Source: Squalus acanthias
Taxonomy: Eukaryota
Assembly: GCA_030390025.1 (NCBI GenBank)
Contig: CM059425.1
Span: 173,974,001-174,038,000, forward strand
Direction: 5' to 3'
Length of the DNA: 64,000 nt
The notes beneath the pieces are model-generated. The model was not told where the DNA came from and searched no databases. It was given only the letters and a program-made list of their open reading frames with translations. The position numbers were made by a program, and so were the translations under genes. Shown piece by piece: positions 48,489 to 61,717 of this stretch. Every line of letters begins with the position of its first letter. Positions within the stretch are counted from its first letter, which is position 1.

Positions 48489-49711
48489 TTAAGCAAATCT
48501 GGCCATGATGAGGCCATCCCGGGCCTGCTGGGCAGCGATGTGCGCTGCTGCTGGTGGCACCTGCATCTCAGCTTCTTCCTCCTCCTCCTCATCTTCCACC
48601 TGCTCGTCCTCCTCCTCCTCTGAAGAGGCTGTGTGCTGTGCACCATGCTCCTCCTGCAGCTCCAATCCTGGTTGCTGCGCTATGTTGTGCAGCGCACAGC
48701 AAACAACGCGATTCTGGAGACCCTGGCTGGCTGGTGCGTACTGAAGGGCTCCTCCAGACCTGTCAAGGCATCTGAAGCGCATCTTCAGCATGCCTATTGC
48801 TTGCTCTATGACATATCTGGTGGACGTGTGGCTCTCATTATAACTCTCCTCGGCCTCAGTACTTGGCCTCCTCAGGGGGGTCATGAGCCACATCTTCAAT
48901 GGATAGCCCTTGTCTCCAAGCAGCCAGCCGGTAAGTGTGTTTGGCGGTGCGAAGAGCTGAGGGAGGGTGGACTTGCGCAGCATGAAAGAGTCATGACAGT
49001 GGCCAGGGAATTTGCCGCACACATGCATAATCAGCTTTTTATGGTTGCAGACGAGCTACACATTGAGGGAGTGGAAGCCTTTGCAGTTCACAAACACTCC
49101 TGGGTGATGTGGGGTTGCCTTCATGACCACATGTGTGCAGTCAATGACGCCCTGCACCTGTGGGAAGTCAGCCAAGGCCGCAAAGCTGAGCGCCCGCTCA
49201 GTAACACTGGCTTCATCAGTGGCAAAGTTGGTATAATTGGCTGACTTGTGAAACATGGCATCGGTGACCTGTGTGATGCATCCGACTGGGAGATCCCGCA
49301 AATGTCTGTTGCAGATCCCTGGAAGGAGCCTGAGATGAAGAAGTTGAATCCAGTGGTGACTTTGACAGCCACTGGCAAGGAGTGTCCACCAGGACCTCTG
49401 GGCAGCAGGTCTTGTTCCAGCAAGCAACAAATGTCTACGATGACCTTGCGTGATAGCCTGAGCCTCCTGATGCACTGCTGCTCAGTCATGTTGAGGAAGC
49501 TCATCCTCTGCCTGTGTACCCTGTGTTGGGGGTATCGCCTCCAGTGTGCTGCAGCCCTGTGGTGCCCCCCTCTCTCCTGTGGACCATCAGGTCATTGAGG
49601 AGAAGGCTGCTGTTGTGGTTGCTGCTGGTGTGGTTGGTGGTGGTGGTGGTGGTGGTGCTCATCTTGGTACGATTCTGAGGACCAAGGTGAGACAGTATAA
49701 GCGGCACCCAT
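48489..49711 (-). pseudogene. Harbinger DDE transposase, full span but disrupted
   Basis: His/Gln-rich N-terminus, [66 protein letters not shown]. Confidence 0.92.
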
Positions 49712-51097
49712 GCTGAGGTCGTAGATGGCAGGTGAAGTAGCGATCAGAGGGACAATCCCTTAATGTTCTAATACTGAGTAGCAATGTGGTGAGAGTGGCT
49801 TCCGAGGCTGCAGAAATGACCTGCAAACTCCAGAAACCTAAATCTGTGCACAGAATGCAGTCATCAACAGCCTTTCCCTTAGGCAACTAATGAGGTGTAA
49901 GGTGTGTCCATCTGGTATTCCCAGCTATCAATTATTGCCCTCGCACAATGGCCACTGAACTTCCACCTCCCCTTCACAGGTGAGGTTCCCGAGCTGCGTG
50001 CTTCCCGTGCTCAAGCCGTTACATTCAGAAGCTGAAGTTAAAAAGCCTGTTAAGGGTCTGATAACAAGCATTGATGAGTTTGATTAGGTTGCCTGCCTCT
50101 TCTGATCGGGTCTGTGACGCGCTGGCAAATGCACCCGAGTTAAAGGCACGAGGAGGTGGGATGACGGCGGGTTCCCGACGCCCTGCATTTTTTCGCTATT
50201 TTTACAGCTGACCCGCCTCCAAACCCGCACGCACAGAAACGGGAAAATTCCGGCCTGTGTTTTTTGTAAAGAAACCAATTCAATCCTCTGTCGGGTTGGA
50301 CGGGATGAAATACTGTATGAAGAAAACCATGGCGAAAGTCATCATTTGCATGCATTAGGGCTCTTTTGATGGTAAGTATGTGTGAATTCTGCATATTTGC
50401 CTCCAAGCCATGAGAAAGATATTTTCTGCATTCACTCATGGTAATTTATCACCAGTGATAACAAGCAGTCAGTATTTAAGCAATAGTGCAACTATCATCT
50501 CAGTATTCAGAAATGAATAGCATGATCTTGGTTAATGCGTTCCTTGGTTTCTGGAGCATTAAATTATGGAAAGTACAAAACTAATGTGACTTGCAAACTG
50601 CACCTCAGAGAAGTGTTATATATTTTTGTAAGTGGTTCATCAAATGGCAAGAAGTAGTACAGCATCAACAAAAATATTAATGTCATCTGGGCCTGGGACA
50701 AAGCAGCTCGAAAGCTAATGAATAATTGCCACAAGTAATGCAAAATAATCAAAACATCGCTGAGTGACCTAGAACATATGCACAACTCTTAATTGACCCA
50801 TGACAAAGATTGTAAAAAGGCAAAAAAATGGAGCAGCAGGACCCAAAAAAGCTTGACTAGAACAGAATGATGTTTAATATTTCATATTTTGAGGTAGGAA
50901 GTATTCACATTGACAAATCTTCCAACTCTAGCAAGTTAATTATAAAAACACAACTATGAAATCATTAATTTATTCAGATATCAAGCACATACGATATAGG
51001 TTAACTCAATATGAATGCCAATGTAACATTAGCTAGCACATTTTAACTCCTTTTATATCTGCATTTCATAAATTTGAAAAAAATCAATAGAATTAAA

Positions 51098-51922
51098 GGG
51101 CTGGATTTTGCCAGCCCTGGGGAGGCAGGTTTGGAGGCGGGACTGCCGGGAAAATGGCAGAATCTGGGGGCGAGTACCCATCCCGCCCCCAACCCAGGAG
51201 GCGGGTAGCCGACCCGCGCCGGTTCCTGTCTCCTGGAGGCGGGTAGGGGATTACAGCCACTTAACTGCCTGTTAACAGGTAGTTATCAGGCAGTTAAGAG
51301 GATTATCCCCATTTTCCACCAGAGGCGCGGGCTTCACGACGTCGGGAAACCCCGCCAGGGTCACCGAGGCGAGCAGAGGGTCTGCAGGGGTCGGAGGGGT
51401 GCAAAAGTGCGCTGTGGAGGTAAGTGATGGGTGCAAGTGTGGAGAGGTAAGTATGTGAGGTGAGTGAAAAGTGATAGAAAATGTTTACTTACCTTTGTTT
51501 CTTCCTGCAGGCTTCAACAGTTGGGGATGCGTAGACTCTCACATCTCACCGGCAGAGATGACAGATGGCTGCTGCATTCTCCGATGCAACAGCCATCTGA
51601 TTTCTGCTCACAGAAGAGGTTTAATGAGTCTTGAATACAAGGACTCATCAAACAACAGAGAATGTCAGTGTTTGACAGCTTCACAGAGCTGTCAAACGAT
51701 GACAATTCATCTGTCAAAAATTTTTGACAGATGAAACGTCATACGCTGACGTTCTCTGTAACCGGCTTCCCCTTAATTGGCCTGCTAAGCCCGCTGGGCG
51801 GGCTCAACAAGGTCAATCAAGGGAAAATAGCGTGGGTTGGCCACAAGTCAATGGAGGTGAGACTAAAACCCGACAAGCAGCAGTCCCGCCTCCAACGCGC
51901 CCCCATTGGCAAAATCACCCTC
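51098..51922 (+). mobile_element. Harbinger MITE, different subfamily
   Basis: TIRs gggctggattttgcc / ggcaaaatcaccctc; AAA flanks; GAGGCGGG/CCCGCC subterminal motifs. Confidence 0.72.
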
Positions 51923-52984
51923 AAAATCTCATTGCGCTTTAGTCTTTGTAAAATATTGGCTTATTTTAAATTTGTAAATTTTAGAATCTTTTTATTCGTG
52001 GATAGTTTACCCACATTGCAAACTCAGTGACAGTTTGGACAAAGAACCCATCACCATGCCTAAGGAAAAGGAAGGTGACTAATGATTTGAAGGAAAATGA
52101 AGAGGTGGAAATTTATCAGTAGTCTACCCTGTTTAATTTGGAACTTTTTAATCTAAATCCCTCATTTTTCTGATTTCTGGTCAGAAAACAGTTTAGTGCA
52201 GTGCATTTTGCACTGGATAATCCTTGTAATCTGATATTCCAATGTGGGAAACAAATTGGTTTTGGTTATTTTTTACTTGATAAACCAACAGTTCTCACCA
52301 AAATCAAAAATGGCTGCAGCAGCAAAAAAAAATTTGCACAGTAAAAATGAAGAAAGAAATCTTCCAGGAGAAAAAAAACCAACTTCAGTGACACAGGGAT
52401 GGTTCTCCGCATTTTTAAATCAATATTTGGAGTTGGCAGGTCAATTGTTTCCAACATTCTCAGAGAAAATTCAAATTAGCTGAACACTGCTCACAGCACC
52501 ATTTCATGCAGAAATACAAAACCATCACCATAAATGGAAGGAGCTGAATAAAGCTCTTGTATGTCTTTTACAGATCAGAGAGCCTATAACTTCAATCAAT
52601 GATTAAATGTGTTCACAGGCCTAAGGTCTGGGAGAGTACCTTTATGTCCAGAAGTTTTTTTCAGCAGTGGCTCGCTAGGAAACTTTAAGACGTAACATGC
52701 AAAAATTATGAAGTGTGATCTGTGAACACCACCAATGTTGCAAAGAGGCTGCAAGAGAAGACAACACCATAATTATTTATTATTACAATGAAAATTCCTT
52801 GCGAGAGAAATACATTCTAGCCCAGGAATGGGCGGTAACTTTTGAAAAGTTTGAGAATTAGCACCAGGCGCTAATGAATCACACTGCATGCAAAAATGAG
52901 TCTCATCGCTCAAAGAAAGGATTGGAGCGCTAAATCAAGCACGAATGGCCTAGCACAGTGACACTACACTCAAATAGAGTCATA

Positions 52985-53551
52985 GGGCTGGATTTTGAAT
53001 GACCCATGGAGTCGGGTTTGGAGGCGTGTGGGGGGTTAAATTTGCAGGGTCGGGATTTCCGACTCCATCCTGCCTCCACGCAATTTTGACATAATCAGTC
53101 GCGGGGTTCCCGACTCCGTCCCGCCTTCAAGAGGCGGGAGAGGCCATTAAAGCCCTTAACAAGCTCTAAATTGGCTCTGTAATGCCATTTTGAAATGCTG
53201 TAGCTAGTTTAACCCTCTTCTGACGTGAAGCACGCCTGGTGTGAAACACTCCAGTGAAACCTGGCGGGAGCACAAGTGGATAGCTGACTATCGGCTGCAG
53301 GTGCACTATTACAACAGAGATGTGATGAAGGTAGTAGTAGTATTAGGTCTGAACGCCGCCTCTGATGCTGCTGCATTGAACTCTCTCTCTCTCTCTCTCT
53401 CTTCTACACCACCACCCATTTTTGCATCCAGGTCCACCCACATCAAAAACCAGGCAGGTCCTCTCTCACCAACAGTCTCTGAGACTAGCCAGTCAGCAAT
53501 GATAACATCATCAGAGGCGGCTTTCAGACTGAAAACACTAATTAGTTCATG
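52985..53551 (+). mobile_element. Harbinger MITE (14090 family), right end lost
   Basis: Near-identical to 14090-14660; stops at the CR1 junction. Confidence 0.88.
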
Positions 53552-56500
53552 TCAAGCCCTGTCTATTTTAATCCCATTTTCCAGCACTTGGTCCGTAGCC
53601 TTGTATGCTATGGCGTTTCAAGTGCTCATCTAAATGCTTCTTGAATGTTGTGAGGGTTCCTGCCTCTCCCACCCTTTCAGGCAGTGTGTTCCAGATTCCA
53701 ACCACCCTCTGGGTGAAAAAGTTTTTCCTCAAATCCCCTCTAAACCTCCTGCCCCTTACCTTGAAACTATGCCCCCTGGTTATTGACCCCTCTACTAAGG
53801 GGAAAAGTTCCTTTCTATCTACCCTATCTATGCCCCTCATAATTTTGTACACCTCAATCAGGTTCCCCCTCAGCCTTCTCTGCTCTAAGGAAAACAACCC
53901 CAGCTTGTCCAGTCTCTCTTCATAGCTGAAGCGCTCCAGCCCAGGTAACATCCTGGTAAATCTCCTCTGCACCCTCTCCAATGCAATCACATCCTTCCTA
54001 TAGTGTGGCGACCAGAACTGCACACAGTATTCCAGCTGTGGCCTAACTAGCGTTTTGTACAGCTCCATCATAACCTCCCTGCTCTTATATTCTATGCCTT
54101 GGCTAATGAAGGCAAGTACCCCATATGCCTTTTTAACCACCTTATCTACCTGTCCTGCTGCCTTCAGGGATCTATGTACATGCACACCAAGGTCCCTCTG
54201 ATCCTCTGTCCTTCCTAGGGTCCTACCATTCATTGTGTATTCCCTTGTCTTGTTAGTCCTCCCAAAATGCATCACCTCACACTTTTCAGGGTAAATTCCA
54301 TTTGCCACTGTTCTGCCCATCTGACCAACCCGTCTATATCGTCCTGTAGCCTGAGACTTCCCTCCTCGCTATTTACCACCCCACCAATTTTCGTGTCATC
54401 TGCAAACTTACTGACCATACCTCCTACATTCATATCTAAATCATTAATGTACACTACAAACAGCAAAGGACCCAGCACCGATCCCTGCGGTACACCACTG
54501 GACACAGGCTTCCAGTCACAAAAACAACCTTCGACCATCACCCTCTGCCTCCTGCCACTAAGCCAATTTTGGATCCAATGTGCCAAGTTGCCCTGGATCC
54601 CATGGGCTTTTACCTTTTTGACCAGTCTCCCATGCGGGACTTTGTCAAAAGCCTTACTGAAGTCCATGTAGACCACATCAACTGCACTACCCTCATCCAC
54701 ACACCTAGTCACCCCCTCGAAAAATTCAATCAAATTGGTCAGACGTGATCTCCCCCTGACAAAGCCATGCTGACTATCCTTGATTAATCCTTGCCTCTCC
54801 AAGTGGATACTAATTCTGTCCCTCAGAATTTTTTCCAATAATTTCCCTACCACTGATAATAGGCTCACTGGCCTGTAATTTCCTGGTTTATCCCTACTAC
54901 CCTTCTTGAATAATGGTACGACGTTAGCTGTTCTCCAGTCCTCTGGCACCTCTCCTGTGGCCAGAGAGGTTCTGAAAATTTGTGTCAGAGCCCCTGCAAT
55001 CTCCTCCCTTGCCTCACACAGCAGCCTGGGATACATCTCGTCTGGACCTGGGGATATATCCACTTTTCAGCCTGCTAAAACCGCTAGTACCTCCTCCCTC
55101 TCAATACTAATTTGTTCAAGTATATCACAATCCCCCTGCCTGATTTCTATGCCTACATCATCCTTCTCCATAGTGAACACAGATGCAAAATATTCATTTA
55201 AAACCCCACCTACATCTTCTGGCTCTACACACAGATTGCCACTTTGGTCCCTAATGGGCCCTACTCTTTCCCTGGTTATCCTCTTGCCCTTAATATACTT
55301 ATAAAACACCTTGGGATTTTCCTTTATTTTGCCCGCCAGTGTTATTTCATGCCCCCTCTTCGCTCTCCTAATTTCTTTTTTAAGTACCCCCCTGCACTTT
55401 CTATACTCCTCTAGGGCTTCCACTGTTTTTAGTCCGTTGTATCTGCCAATAGCCTCCCTTTTTTTCCTAATCCATTCTCGTATATCCCTTGCCATCCAGG
55501 GTTCCCTGGGCTTGTTGGTCCCACCCTTGACCTTTATGGGAACATGTTGCCGTTGTACTCTCTCTATTTCCTTTCTGAAAGACTCCCACTGCTCTGATGT
55601 GGATTTTCCGACAAGTAGCTGATCCCAGTCCACTTTGGCCAGATCCTGCCTTATCATATTAAAATCGGCCTTCCCCCAATTTAGAACCTTTATCTCCGGT
55701 CCATCTTTTTCCTTTTCCATGACTACCTTAAATCTCACCAAATTATGGTCACTGTCACCAAAATGCTCTCCTACTGACACATCTACCACTTGCCCAGCTA
55801 CATTCCCTAGAATTAGGTCCAGTACCGCCCCCTCTCTTGTAGGACTTTCTACATGCTGGCTTAAAAAGCTCTCCTGGATGCACTTTAAGAATTCTGCACC
55901 CTCTAAGCCTTTCACACTCTGACTATCCCAGTTAATATTGGGGAAGTTGAAATCCCCTACTATTATTACCCTATTATTTCTACACTTCTCTGAGATTTGC
56001 CTATATATCTGTTCCTCTATCTCCCCCTGACTGTTTGGGGGCCTATAGTACACGCCCAGCAAAGTGCTTGCCCCCTTTTTGTTTTTAAGTTCTACCCATA
56101 TGGCCTCATTAGAGGAACCTGCTACGATATCATCCCTCCTTACAGCAGTAATTGACTCCTTGATTAATATTGCGACACCCCCTCCTCTTTTACACCCCCC
56201 TCTGTCTCGCCTGAAGATTCTATACCCCGGAATATTGAGCTGCCAGTCCTGCCCCTCCCTCAACCATGTCTCTGTGATAGCAACAATATCATACACCCAT
56301 GTGTTCATCAACACCTTCAATTCATCTGCCTTACTCGCAAGACTCCTTGCATTAAAATAAATGCCATCCAGCCTTGCCATACTCCTTTGTGCCGTTACAT
56401 ATTTGCTCTGCCTTCCAGGCTGACTTGTTTTTTCCTCTATATTTGGCTGTGCATCACCCCCTACTATAGCTCCACTCCGTATCCTATCCCCCTGCCAAGT

Positions 56501-56888
56501 TAGTTTAAACCCCCCCCAACAGTACTAGCAAACCTTCCCACAAGGATGTTGGTCCCGTTCCGGTTCAGGTGCAACCCGTCCGACTTGTACAGGTCCCACC
56601 TTCCCCAGAAGCAGACCCAGTGATCCAGGAAACTAAAGCCCTCCCTCCTGCACCAACTCTTTAGCCACGCATTCATCTGCTCTATCCTCCTATTCCTATA
56701 CTCACTAGCACGTGGCACCGGGAGTAATCCAGAGATTACAACCTTTGAGGTCCTGCTTTTTAATCTGCTACCTAGCTCCCTAAATTCTTGTTGCAGGACC
56801 TCATCCCTCTTTCTACCCATGTCGTTGGTACCAATGTGAACCACGACCTCTGACTGTTCGCCCTCCCCCTTCAGAATGCCCTGCAGCC
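53552..56888 (-). mobile_element. Young CR1 LINE (ORF1 C-terminal half plus nearly intact ORF2; 3' tail missing)
   Basis: HIGTND..DGLH; ORF2 in three consecutive ORFs 56380-55067, 55063-54272 and 54320-53568 (one stop, one frameshift). Confidence 0.94.
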
Positions 56889-57060
56889 CTAACCAATATC
56901 AGGTGCACTCTAATCGCAAGTCATCATTGCCACAGGCTCTTTCCGGTTCTTAAAGGGGAGGTTCAGTGATGCTGCAGAACCTCATTCTCAGCATTGCTGG
57001 CTGGGAACCTGTGTCAGCAAGCAGAAGCAGGCCAAGTCCAAGGAGCCGGATCCACAGCCC

Positions 57061-58894
57061 ATGGAGAGAGCCCGCAGATTTTCGGACCAAACATTGGAGG
57101 AGTTGGTGTCCACTGTGGAGAGAGGAAGGGCGGTGCTCTACCCAGCATGTGGCAGGAGGCCCTTGCCGCAAGTCTTCCGTGCCATGTGGAGGGAGGTTGC
57201 CCAGCATGTCTTTCGCAGTACTGTGGTCCTCAGGACCCAAACACAGTGCAGGAAGAAATTTAACGACCTCACTCAGGTGGTCAGGGTGAGTCAGTGCCTC
57301 AACAAATGCTACATACCACCGTCTGAACTACAGTCTGCACACAATGGCCAAAGCACCACACACCCAGCACTCACCCACCAACAATCTCTACCTACCAACA
57401 CTCACACCCACATCTCACACCTTGCACACAATGACAGCTATTCAACTGTGGCAGGCACATCACCCAAACACATTGCTCCATACTCACACACTTTCCTTTC
57501 TCTTGCAGGCCAAGGTGGCTCACAACAGGAGGGAGCAGGAGTGCACAGGCGGGGTACAAGCCGACATCCAACCACTGTCTGCGCTGGAAAATAGAGTGCT
57601 GGAGATTATTGGGCGGCATGGCCATCGGCGACGTTGACCCCTTTGGGGGCAACAACGGTATGTTCATCCCTACTCCTTCTTCTCACATCCCACTTCCCCC
57701 TCACCCCACAAGCCTTTCGCACTTTCCAGCTAATCATGCTGTATGCATGCATTTCTCCCTTCCTGCCCCCCTCCCCTCAGCTTAACCCGACTCTTGTGTC
57801 TTTATGCTTTCAGATAATGAGCAAGCACCTGAGCAGCCTGTCCGTGAGAGAGCGAGGCGAGTGAAGAGGAGGAGGAAGAACACACTGCATGTCTCACCTG
57901 CAGGCACCAGCTCAGATATTGGCACTACGCGTTCTTTAGAGGCTAGTATAGTAGCGGGATCGGCACAGGGTGATGCACCGGGAACGAGCGGGCTGCAGCA
58001 AGGCCAGGGGGAAAGGTTAGCTCGGGGGCCAGCTCCCCAGAGGGCAAGTTCGCACCCAATTTCTGCTGCACAGGACTCAGATGAGGACCTCGACGGGGAG
58101 GCGTTTAGAAGAAGGGTGATGGGCATGCACATGGAGATGATAGGTGCAATGGCAAGGGTGCCAGAAAGCCTGTCGGCAATGGTAAGGAGTGTGGAGGAGT
58201 CCGCCTCCAACATTGGACAAAGCTCTGCGCACACCATGGAGCCCATCATTTCCAGTCTGGAATGGATGGTCGACTCCTAGAGAGACCATGGCGACCCAGA
58301 CCTGATGCCGCGTGTGATGGGTGATCTGGCAGCTTCCATCGCAGCACAGGCGGAAGCTGTAATGCACTAATGGTTGGTGCCATTCAATCTCAGAATGCTC
58401 TCGTGCAGTCTCAGCTTGATGCCACGCATGCTCTGACTGCTGCCATCGTGGCTGGGTCTACCACCGTTGACCGGAGCTTTCACGGTGTCGCAGCAGGCCA
58501 GCAAACTGTGCTGCTACAGATTGCTAGGGATGCTGAGGTGCTGTCCCGGGGGAGTGGCAGTGGGTCAGTGGAGCAGTAACCTGCTGTCCTCTCTCAGGAA
58601 GACAGCATTCCTGCTCCCACCGCTGGCACTCCACCATTGCCCTTGTTGCTGCTTATCATCCAGCCATCCCAGACTGCTGCCGCCTATGCTGAGGTGGTGC
58701 AGTCTACAGCCGGGCCTTCCAGGCCCAGAGCTGGTCAAGGGCATCCTGCAAGGCCATCTGAAGTCTCCTGCATGGACACTCAGCTGCCTTTCACCAGCCC
58801 TGCTGCAGCCACTGGGCCAACACTTCGTAGGAGCACTAGAGTAGGCAAAGGCACTGTAATGAGAGGCTCTAAGGGATTGCACAAGGGTGAATAG
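57061..58894 (+). pseudogene. Harbinger Myb/SANT partner gene: exons 57061-57285, 57509-57657, 57814-58894
   Basis: MERARRFSDQTLEELV...RTQTQCRKKFNDLTQVVR|gtgagt; ttgcag|AKVAHNRREQECTGG...|gtatgt; tttcag|exon 3 ending LRRSTRVGKG; several stops. Confidence 0.84.
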
Positions 58895-59054
58895 TTAATA
58901 TTGTTGTTGTAAATACGTTTTACCTGATTATTGATAAAATTATTAATTCAGTTTGGATTATTTTGTGGTGTGTCTCATTTCAGCTTTGCGCTGTGAAATG
59001 CGACAGGGATGGAATGATGGGGATATGGTGAGCAATGGGGATCTGGGGTTTAAT

Positions 59055-60202
59055 TTATTGGAACCGCAGTCTGTTGAGGTGGTCACGGACCGAACTTCCG
59101 GAAGGCCGATTGAGTGGCTGCCTCCTCCTTCGCTCCTGTTCCTCCTCCTCCTCCTCCTCATCTTCCTCCTCGTTCTCCACCTCTTCCTCTTCCTCCTCCT
59201 GAGGTGGTCCCGCAATCCCTGGTGGCAAGGGCTGGGCCCTCATGATGGCCAAATTGTGGAGCATGCAGCAGACGATGACGAAATGGGACACCCGCTCAGC
59301 CGAGTACTGGAGGGCTCCTCCCGAGCGGTCAAGGCAGCGGAACCGTTGCTTGAGCACCCCGATGGTCTACTCGATGATGTTCCTGCTGGGCAGGAGTGTT
59401 GGGGTTGCGGAGGGGAGTCATTAGTCAGGTGGAGAGCGGATAGCCCTTGTCTGCGACCAGCCAGCCGCGAGCTTGACATGGCGACTGGAAGAGTGCTGGC
59501 ACACCGGTCTGGCACAGGACGAAGGCATCGTGGCTGCTGCCAGGATAGCAGGCATTCACATTGAGAATTCGCTGTGGTCGCACATCAACTGCACATTAAT
59601 AAGTAAGTGGTAGCCTTTGCGGTTACGGAAGATGTCAGGATTGTTATGCGGTGCCTGCAAAGCCACGTGGGTGCAGTCAGTGGCGCTCTGCACCATGGGG
59701 AATCTCACTATCCTGGCAAAGCCACATGCACGCTCGTCCTGCTTCTCTCTGGTGATGGGGAAGGAAATGTAGTCCCTTCTACTATAGAGAGCCTCTGTGA
59801 CCTCCCGGATGCAGTGATGGACGGTGGATTGCGAGATGTTAGCTGTATCTCCTGTTGCAGACTGGAAGGTTCCGCTGGTGAAGAAATTGAGGGCGACGGT
59901 GACCTTGACTGCCACTGGGAGAGCCGTGGTCGTCCTGATCTGAGGCTCGAGGTCTGGTTGCAGGAGGTGGCAGAGTCTGTGACCACCTCCTTGGTGAAAT
60001 GGATCCTTCTAATACACTGCTCCTCGCTTAATTGGAGGTAGGAACAGTGCTGTTGGAATACCCTCAGAGGGTAAGGCCTCCTGTTGAGAGCCCTGATGGC
60101 CCTCCTCCTCCCTCTGGCCACATGTTCCAATCTTTCTCGCTGCCTGCGCTCCCTCCGACGTAGATCCTGGAGGGCGAGGTCGACTGCCAGTACAGCCCCC
60201 AT
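59055..60202 (-). pseudogene. Harbinger transposase, decayed
   Basis: [66 protein letters not shown], acidic tail. Confidence 0.9.
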
Positions 60203-60912
60203 TAATGTAACGAGGTGTAGCACTTTGATATGTTGTGAGAATAAATGTAACTAATTTTTAGTAACCACAACACTCCGGAGACTAAACAACCTTTAAATTA
60301 CTGAATTAAACTGTTGCACAATGTCAAACTGACAAGGAAGCAGTGAAACAGCACTAACCTGAGAGCTGCGACTCATTACTCATGATCCCTTTTAAGTAGC
60401 GCCCCTGGAGCTGGCTATCAACTGTTTCACGCCTCCTCTCCCTGTCGCTGTCGGGGCGAGGCACTAAGGCAGGGGGCGACAATGAATTTTGCAGATCGGG
60501 TGCCCAGTGAACGTTGCACGCTCACTGACGTCATGATCTGCCTGGCGCTGAAGTCCCCGGCGCTAACTCATAGTGGCGGCGCTACAGGGGGACCGGATTT
60601 GTCCCCAGCACTAACTCATAGCCACGGCGCTACTGCCTCAGCATGCCGTTAGCGCCCCCGCCAGGCGTTAACTGGAGGCACTAAGTTACTGAATTTCTCC
60701 CCCCTTGTTTTTAAGTGGTAAGCCAGTGCTGGAAAAAAAAGAACATTTGACTGTCATGTAATGCATCAATTCAGCTGGGACAGGTCAAATGAACCCTGTG
60801 GTAATTTAGAAATGCATTCATCCCTGCTGCTTCAAGAAAATCATTGACCCAAATCTTATTGTCGAATGGTATATAAACAAGTAGGTTCGGATGATTAGTT
60901 TCTCTTTAGAGA

Positions 60913-61058
60913 GGGGGTAGATCTTGTGTGATAGTATAAAACGGATGATAGCGAGTCGGCAGCCTGTTTTACATCTCTCCTGACTTCAGTGGAAATAAAA
61001 ATAGGGAGAGATGTAAAACGGGCTTTTTACACTATCGCACAAAGTCAACACCTACCCT
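60913..61058. repeat. Small palindromic MITE
   Basis: gggtag.../...ctaccc ends; internal arms gttttacatctctcc / ggagagatgtaaaac. Confidence 0.65.
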
Positions 61059-61529
61059 AGTGATGCCAAAGTTTTAATCAAGAGTTGTGTATTTCTGGTC
61101 AACACTGATCTTGCTCCTGGACAAAGCTAACCATAAGGACACCTCACTGACACATGTCTACCTAGAATTCCTGTCACAATACAGCAGTGTACATTAAGCC
61201 GGTGGGTGCTGGGATCATTCACAATTCTAAGGGACTTTACTATAATCAGCAGTTCAAATTGTACTTGGTATGTGTAGAAGAAAATTGCCACTTATGTTAG
61301 ATGTGAAACTATTCTTCATCTACACTGCATGGAGTAAGGTGAAGGCAGAAACTATTGTCAATACGGTTACACCTGCGCCAGATCAATCACTGACAAGAGG
61401 TCCTATGACAATGAAAATCAGGTGCCAGATCTTTTTTATTGCTTTCACAACTCCATCAATGTCACACGTGTAATGATTTTATCTACTGTGATGCATCCAT
61501 GCTGCGTAATGAGCTGTTGACAGATAACC

Positions 61530-61717
61530 AGATCATTTAAAACGGAGATAGACAGTTTCCTAGCTGATAAGGGAATTAAGGGTTATGGGGAGCGGGCAGG
61601 GAAGTGGACGTGAGTCTAGGTTCGGATCAGCCATGATCCTATTGAATGGCGGAGCAGGCCCAAAGGGTCGTATGGCCTACTCCTGCTCCTACTTCTTATG
61701 TTCTTATGTTCTTATGC
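61530..61717 (+). mobile_element. CR1 extreme 3' end
   Basis: ggcggagcagg...tggcctactcctgctcct followed by (ttcttatg)3. Confidence 0.85.

Larger units (their letters stand above)
42199..50255 (-). mobile_element. Complete Harbinger copy 3 with two nested CR1 insertions
   Basis: TIRs ggctggaattttc / gaaaattccggcc; TSD TGT on both sides; Myb gene on +, transposase on -. Confidence 0.93.
56889..60704 (-). mobile_element. Harbinger copy 4, divergent family; Myb-side terminus missing
   Basis: Myb gene on + (57061-58894), transposase on - (60202-59055), terminus gaatttctcccccc. Confidence 0.88.

Noticed and set aside
48489..49711. Host HARBI1 gene (and NAIF1/MSANTD for the Myb ORFs)
   Set aside because: Multiple disrupted copies inside TIR/TSD-bounded elements show these are transposon genes, not the domesticated loci.
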